Source: Deferrisomatales bacterium (lineage in GTDB: Bacteria > Desulfobacterota > Deferrisomatia > Deferrisomatales > JACRMM01). Taken from it: 64,000 nt of DNA. Of the stretch, positions 58,287 to 64,000 are shown in pieces. The first letter of the stretch is position 1; every line of letters starts with the position of its first letter. A program made the position numbers and the translations under genes. The stretch spans positions 1-64,000 of the forward strand of contig JAWSUI010000003.1 of NCBI GenBank assembly GCA_033551855.1, written 5' to 3'. Below the pieces are notes generated by a model. That model was not told the origin of the DNA and made no database searches. It saw only the letters and a list, made by a program, of their open reading frames with translations.

Positions 58287-58835
58287 GCACCGTCTCGCAT
58301 TCGCGCTAGGATACGCGACCGCTCAACGGGCGTGCAAGGACTGGATGGGCCACCGGGAGGAAGGCGGCGCCGAAATCCCCGGCCCGCCGCTGCCGCACGC
58401 GGACAGGGTGACGCCACGGGGAGGCGAACCTAACCTCCTCTCGCCTGCTCCTTCTCCAGTGCGTGCACGGGACAGGCGGTGCGCCACCTGCAGTATCCCT
58501 TGGGATGGGCGCAGCGGGGAGGAGAGAGGGGGATGTCCCGCGCAGCCCTTTGGCAGTGGTAGAGCTTGCCGGGGTGGCGGGCCCCAGACAGATCCACGGT
58601 CGCGTCACCCCCGCCCGGGGGGGGAGGGTTCGCTGCGGCCAGAAAGGCGCTGTCGATGACCGTCATGGCGGAGCCTTCGCGGAGATTTGCCGTCGCCCCC
58701 CACCGGAGCGGCGAACCGCACCTTCGATGCGGCGGCGGGCGTGCGGTTACCGCTCCCCGGCCGTCCCTGGGTGGGGAAACCCGTCATCCCCCGGAAGACC
58801 CCAAGAACGGCCGGCACCGGAACAACCCAAGTCAT

Positions 58836-59044
58836 GGTTCTTCCGCTAAACGACCGGGTGGGCCCGCCCACTCCGGCAGACGAGGCCGGACTGCACGGTA
58901 GGTGTTCTCCCCCGCCGCGTCCGGAATCCTCGCGGCATCGCGACTCCCGAAGCGGCTGCTCACGTCGAGCGGCCGTCCGCCTACGTGGTCGGGCCCACCC
59001 GATCGTCCCTGGACACGAGGACCCGGTCATTTCCCGGATGATCT
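58836..59044. mobile_element. MITE family B, copy 2 (inverted relative to 5609..5817)
   Basis: Aligns end to end with the reverse complement of 5609..5817; same 209-bp length. Confidence 0.8.
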
Positions 59045-59101
59045 CAAATTGTGGCGCTCGCCTGGGGGCACGGCTTGAACCTCTCACCGGGATCTTGCTA
59101 A

Positions 59102-60208
<1,107 letters not shown>

Positions 60209-60305
60209 CCTACCGAAGAACCTCTAGCGCCGCCGGGCGATGGGGTCGGCCCTCTCTTCCGCACCGACCGGGCGGTGAGCCCGGCTTCCGTGTTCGCGAG
60301 GGTTC

Positions 60306-61127
60306 ATGCTCGGGTTCCTCCTTCGTTATCGAGGGGTGATCATCGGCGGGGGGCTCACGCTGGTGGCCCTGGGCGTGCTCTCGTCCGGGAGGGAAGGCAA
60401 CGGCGTCCTGGGGCGATCCGTGGGCCTGCTGGGGGCGCCGGTCCAGACGGCCGTGAAAGGGATCGCCGAAGGACTCGGCTCGGTGGTGGACCGCTACGTC
60501 TTCCTGGTCTACGCCGCTCGAGATGCGGAGCTCCTGCGCCGGGAGGTGGCGGAGCTCCGCCGGGAGCTCCTGGACGTGGAAGAGGTAGCCCAGGAGAACC
60601 TTCGCCTCAAGGCACTGCTCGGCTTCAAGGAAGCGACGCCCCTGCGCCAGATCCCGGCCCGGGTCGTAGGGCGGAGCGCCACGCTCTGGTTTCAGTCCCT
60701 GGTCCTGGACAAAGGGAGCGCCGACGGGGTCGTCGTCGACTGCCCGGTGACGACTCCGGCGGGGGTGGTGGGGCGGGTCTTTGAAGTATCCGGGTCGGCG
60801 AGCCGGGTGCTGCTGCTCACCGACCCGAACTCCGCCGTGGACGCCATCGTCCAGCGCACGCGGGCCCAGGTGCTGGTCGAGGGGACCCTCGGCCCCACGT
60901 GCCGGGTGCTCCACCTCGCGCGGGGGGAAGAGGCAGCGCCGGGGGACCGTGTCGTGACCTCCGGACTCGGGGGGATCTTTCCCAAGGGGCTTCTCTTGGG
61001 GGAGATTTCCCACGTGGAGGCGCGCCCGGGGGACGTGTTCCACGCCGCGCAGCTCGCCCCCAGCGCCGACTTCAGCCGCCTCGAGGAGGTGTTCGTGATC
61101 CTCCCGGACGGCGGGGACGCCCCGTGA
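60306..61127 (+). CDS. mreC: Rod shape-determining protein MreC
   Basis: ENLRLKALL, TSGLGGIFPKG. Confidence 0.95.
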   Translation: MLGFLLRYRGVIIGGGLTLVALGVLSSGREGNGVLGRSVGLLGAPVQTAVKGIAEGLGSVVDRYVFLVYAARDAELLRREVAELRRELLDVEEVAQENLRLKALLGFKEATPLRQIPARVVGRSATLWFQSLVLDKGSADGVVVDCPVTTPAGVVGRVFEVSGSASRVLLLTDPNSAVDAIVQRTRAQVLVEGTLGPTCRVLHLARGEEAAPGDRVVTSGLGGIFPKGLLLGEISHVEARPGDVFHAAQLAPSADFSRLEEVFVILPDGGDAP

Positions 61128-61627
61128 GGGCCCAGGCGGCCTGGTGGGGCGCGCTGCTGGCCGGCCTTGCTTTGCAGACCACCCTCTTCCCGCTCTTCCT
61201 GACGGACCCCTGGCGGCCGGATCTCACGCGCGCCCTCGTCCTCTGGGTCGCCCTCACCGGGGCCCCTCGCGGCGGGGCTGTCCTCGCCTTCTCGGCGGGC
61301 CTGTTGCTGGATGCCGCTTCGGGAGCCCCCCTCGGGTTCGGCCCCCTGCTTCGCCTGTCCCTCTACGCGGCAGCCCGCCCCTTCCGGGGAATCTTCTTCG
61401 ACGACCGCCCCCTGCTCCTCCTTCCTTTCGCGACCCTCGGGCCCGCTCTGGAGGCCGCCGTGGCGGGGACCATGAGCTGGTTCGCTTTCCGAGCCCCCTT
61501 GGGGCTGAACACCCTGGCCTCGGGCGCGTGGGCCCAGGCCCTGGTGGACGCCCTGTGCGTCCCCCTGGTGTTCGTGGCCCTGGAGCTCGCCACCGGCCGC
61601 CGGCCCCGGCTGGAGGTCGGGACGTGA
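61124..61627 (+). CDS. mreD: Rod shape-determining protein MreD
   Basis: Hydrophobic, PDL and GLLLD motifs; operon position. Confidence 0.85.
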   Translation: MRAQAAWWGALLAGLALQTTLFPLFLTDPWRPDLTRALVLWVALTGAPRGGAVLAFSAGLLLDAASGAPLGFGPLLRLSLYAAARPFRGIFFDDRPLLLLPFATLGPALEAAVAGTMSWFAFRAPLGLNTLASGAWAQALVDALCVPLVFVALELATGRRPRLEVGT

Positions 61628-63483
61628 CGCCTCCCAGGCTCCCCGCCCCTGTGCACCTGCGCCGGCGGTTCCTCTGGTGCGTGGTGTTGGTCCTCGCGGC
61701 CTTCTCGGTCCTGTGCCTGCGCCTGGTCTACCTGCAGGTGCTCGAGGGTTCGCGGTACCGCCATCTGAGCGAGAACAACCGCATCCGCATCGAACGGCTG
61801 CCAGCCCCCCGCGGCATCATCTTGGACCGCACCGGCGAAGTTCTGGCCGAGGTGCGCGCGACCTTCGATGCCCTCGTCATCCCCGCCGAAATGCCGCTGG
61901 GGGAGAGGGCGCGGGTGTATCGTGAGCTGGAAGCGACTCTGGGGCTCGATGGAGAAGCAGTGGCCCAGGCCGTGGAGGGTCCGGGCCCTCCCCGCTGGAA
62001 GCCCCGCATCCTCAAGCGTCACCTCACGCGCCCGGAGATGGCCCGGCTCGAGGCCCGCAGGCTGGAGCTCCCGGGAGTGGTCGTCCAGGCCACCCCGGTG
62101 CGGTTCTACCCCTTCGGCGACCTCCTGGGCTCCACCCTGGGGTACGTGGGAGAGATCTCCGCGGAGGAGCTGCGGCAGCCCGCCTACGCCGACTACGAGC
62201 CCGGGGACGCCCTCGGCAGGACGGGGCTGGAACGGGCGTGGGAAGGGGAGCTGCGGGGCGAAGCGGGCGGCCAGCAGGTGGAGGTCGACGTCCGGGGACG
62301 CAGGCTTCAGGTGCTGGCCGAACGTCACGCTCGGCCGGGTCACACGGTGACTCTCACGATCGACCGCCGCCTCCAGCAGGCGGCCCTGGACGCCCTGGGG
62401 GAGGAGTCCGGTGCGGTTGCCGTGGTGGGGGTGCGCACAGGGGACGTCCTCGCCCTGGCGTCGAGGCCGGGTTTCGACCCCAACGCGCTCGCCAAGGGGG
62501 TCACCGCCGCCGAGTGGGCTGCGCTCTCCAGCGATCCCCTCCACCCCCTCCAGAACCGGGCCATCCAGGGCCTGTACCCCCCTGCAAGCACCTTCAAGAT
62601 CGTAACTGCCCTCGCGGGGCTCGCCGAGGGGGTGATCACGCCCCAGACGCGGGTGTTCTGCTCGGGGAGCTACACCTTCGCCGGTCGCCCCTACCGATGC
62701 TGGAAGAGGACGGGGCACGGGTCCATGGATCTTCGCGCGGCGATGATCCAATCCTGCGACGTGTACTTCTACCAGCTCGGGCTGGATCTCGGCATCGACG
62801 CCATCGAGCGCCACTCCCTCGCTCTGGGCCTCGGGCGGCCGACGGGCCTGGACATCCCCTCGGAGAAGGGCGGGCTCGTCCCGTCGAGGGAGTGGAAGCG
62901 CAGGGCCCGGCGAGAGCCCTGGTACACAGGGGAGACTCTCTCGGTAGCCATCGGGCAGGGCTACCTGCTCACCACGCCCCTCCAACTCGCTTCCATGATG
63001 GCCGGCCTCGCACACCCCGAAGGGGTTCGGATGAGGTCGCGCATCGTCACGGGCACCGAAGACGCCCAGGGGCGCCCCCTCCAGGAGGTGCCGAGCCGGG
63101 AGATCGGGCGGCTCGGGTACCGCCGTGCACACCTCGATCTCATCAGGGACAGCCTGCGGGGTGTGGTCGCGTCGGAGCGCGGCACCGGGCGCCGCGCAGA
63201 GGTGGCGGGGTTCCCGGTGGCAGGGAAGACCGGCACGGCCCAAGTGGTGAAGCTCCCGGCAGAGGCGGCGCTTCCCCAGGACAGCATCCCCCGGGAACAC
63301 CGGGACCACGCGTGGTTCGTGTGCTACGCCCCTGTCGACGACCCGGAGATCGCGGTCGCCGTCCTCGTGGAACACGCGGGGCAGGGGGGCGGCGCCGTGG
63401 CGGCCCCCGTAGCACGAAAGGTCGTGGAGGCGTACCGGTCCCTACGGGGAGGGGCCGTGACCCTGGGGGAGGCCGGACGGTGA
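61624..63483 (+). CDS. mrdA: Penicillin-binding protein 2
   Basis: STFK, SCD, KTG motifs. Confidence 0.95.
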   Translation: MTPPRLPAPVHLRRRFLWCVVLVLAAFSVLCLRLVYLQVLEGSRYRHLSENNRIRIERLPAPRGIILDRTGEVLAEVRATFDALVIPAEMPLGERARVYRELEATLGLDGEAVAQAVEGPGPPRWKPRILKRHLTRPEMARLEARRLELPGVVVQATPVRFYPFGDLLGSTLGYVGEISAEELRQPAYADYEPGDALGRTGLERAWEGELRGEAGGQQVEVDVRGRRLQVLAERHARPGHTVTLTIDRRLQQAALDALGEESGAVAVVGVRTGDVLALASRPGFDPNALAKGVTAAEWAALSSDPLHPLQNRAIQGLYPPASTFKIVTALAGLAEGVITPQTRVFCSGSYTFAGRPYRCWKRTGHGSMDLRAAMIQSCDVYFYQLGLDLGIDAIERHSLALGLGRPTGLDIPSEKGGLVPSREWKRRARREPWYTGETLSVAIGQGYLLTTPLQLASMMAGLAHPEGVRMRSRIVTGTEDAQGRPLQEVPSREIGRLGYRRAHLDLIRDSLRGVVASERGTGRRAEVAGFPVAGKTGTAQVVKLPAEAALPQDSIPREHRDHAWFVCYAPVDDPEIAVAVLVEHAGQGGGAVAAPVARKVVEAYRSLRGGAVTLGEAGR

Positions 63484-64000
63484 GCCGACGCACCTGGACC
63501 GCCCAAATCGACTACGGGCTCCTCGCCCTGGTGCTCCTCCTCTCCGCCATGGGCCTGGTGGTGCTCTGGAGCGCCGGGCACGGCCCCGAAGGCGAGGTGG
63601 CAGGGTACGCAGCCCGCCAAGTGGGCTGGATGGCAGTGGGGATCGCCGCGATGCTGGCAGCCCTGGCGGTCGATTACCGCCACCTGGAGCGCTGGGCCGC
63701 GCACATCTACCTGATCCATCTGGCACTCCTGGTAGCGGTACTGCTCACCGGGCAGGCCAGCATGGGGGCGCAGCGGTGGCTCCCCGTCGGCCCGCTGCGC
63801 TTTCAGCCCTCGGAATTCATGAAGGTCGCGATGGCGGTGATGGCGGCCCAGCTGCTCTCCCGGGAGGCGGGGGCGCCCCCCCACGGCCTCCGGCAGCTCT
63901 GGAAACCTGCCCTGGCCACGGCCCTGCCGACGGGTCTCATCCTGATCCAGCCGGATCTCGGCACCGCCCTGCTGGTCGGGGCCGTAGGGGCCGGCGTGAT
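63480..64000 (+). CDS. rodA: Rod shape-determining protein RodA, partial
   Basis: Manual translation: GAQRW...FQPSEFMK...QPDLGTA. Confidence 0.93.
   Translation, partial: MSRRTWTAQIDYGLLALVLLLSAMGLVVLWSAGHGPEGEVAGYAARQVGWMAVGIAAMLAALAVDYRHLERWAAHIYLIHLALLVAVLLTGQASMGAQRWLPVGPLRFQPSEFMKVAMAVMAAQLLSREAGAPPHGLRQLWKPALATALPTGLILIQPDLGTALLVGAVGAGV

Overview
High-GC bacterial window; gene content suggests a deltaproteobacterium (inference). About 1-45.7 kb is an accessory redox/sugar island. It holds four genes with in-frame UGA codons at catalytic Cys positions, each followed by a SECIS-like hairpin (GrdB/PrdB-like, ArsS-type radical SAM, AhpC/TSA peroxiredoxin-like, DUF3179), so the ORF track splits or truncates them. 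It also holds a near-complete pentose phosphate/glucose cluster, three glycoside hydrolases (one fused to DUF547), a Grx-TrxB fusion, an aquaporin, a DedA/TVP38 protein, a flavin disulfide reductase, a cytochrome P460-like protein, two Crp/Fnr paralogs and two ECF sigma factors. Two candidate regulons are visible in the DNA: NtcA-like TGTAGC-N4-GCTACA boxes with a -10 element exactly 22 nt away, and a TGTAAG-N16-CGAC ECF-like promoter. Two families of ISL3-like MITEs are present. About 45.9-64 kb is core genome: DinG-like helicase, PHP phosphatase, gspC-K type II secretion (gspH broken at an A9 run) and mreBCD-mrdA-rodA. No rRNA, tRNA or CRISPR array was seen. Start codons were chosen by eye.
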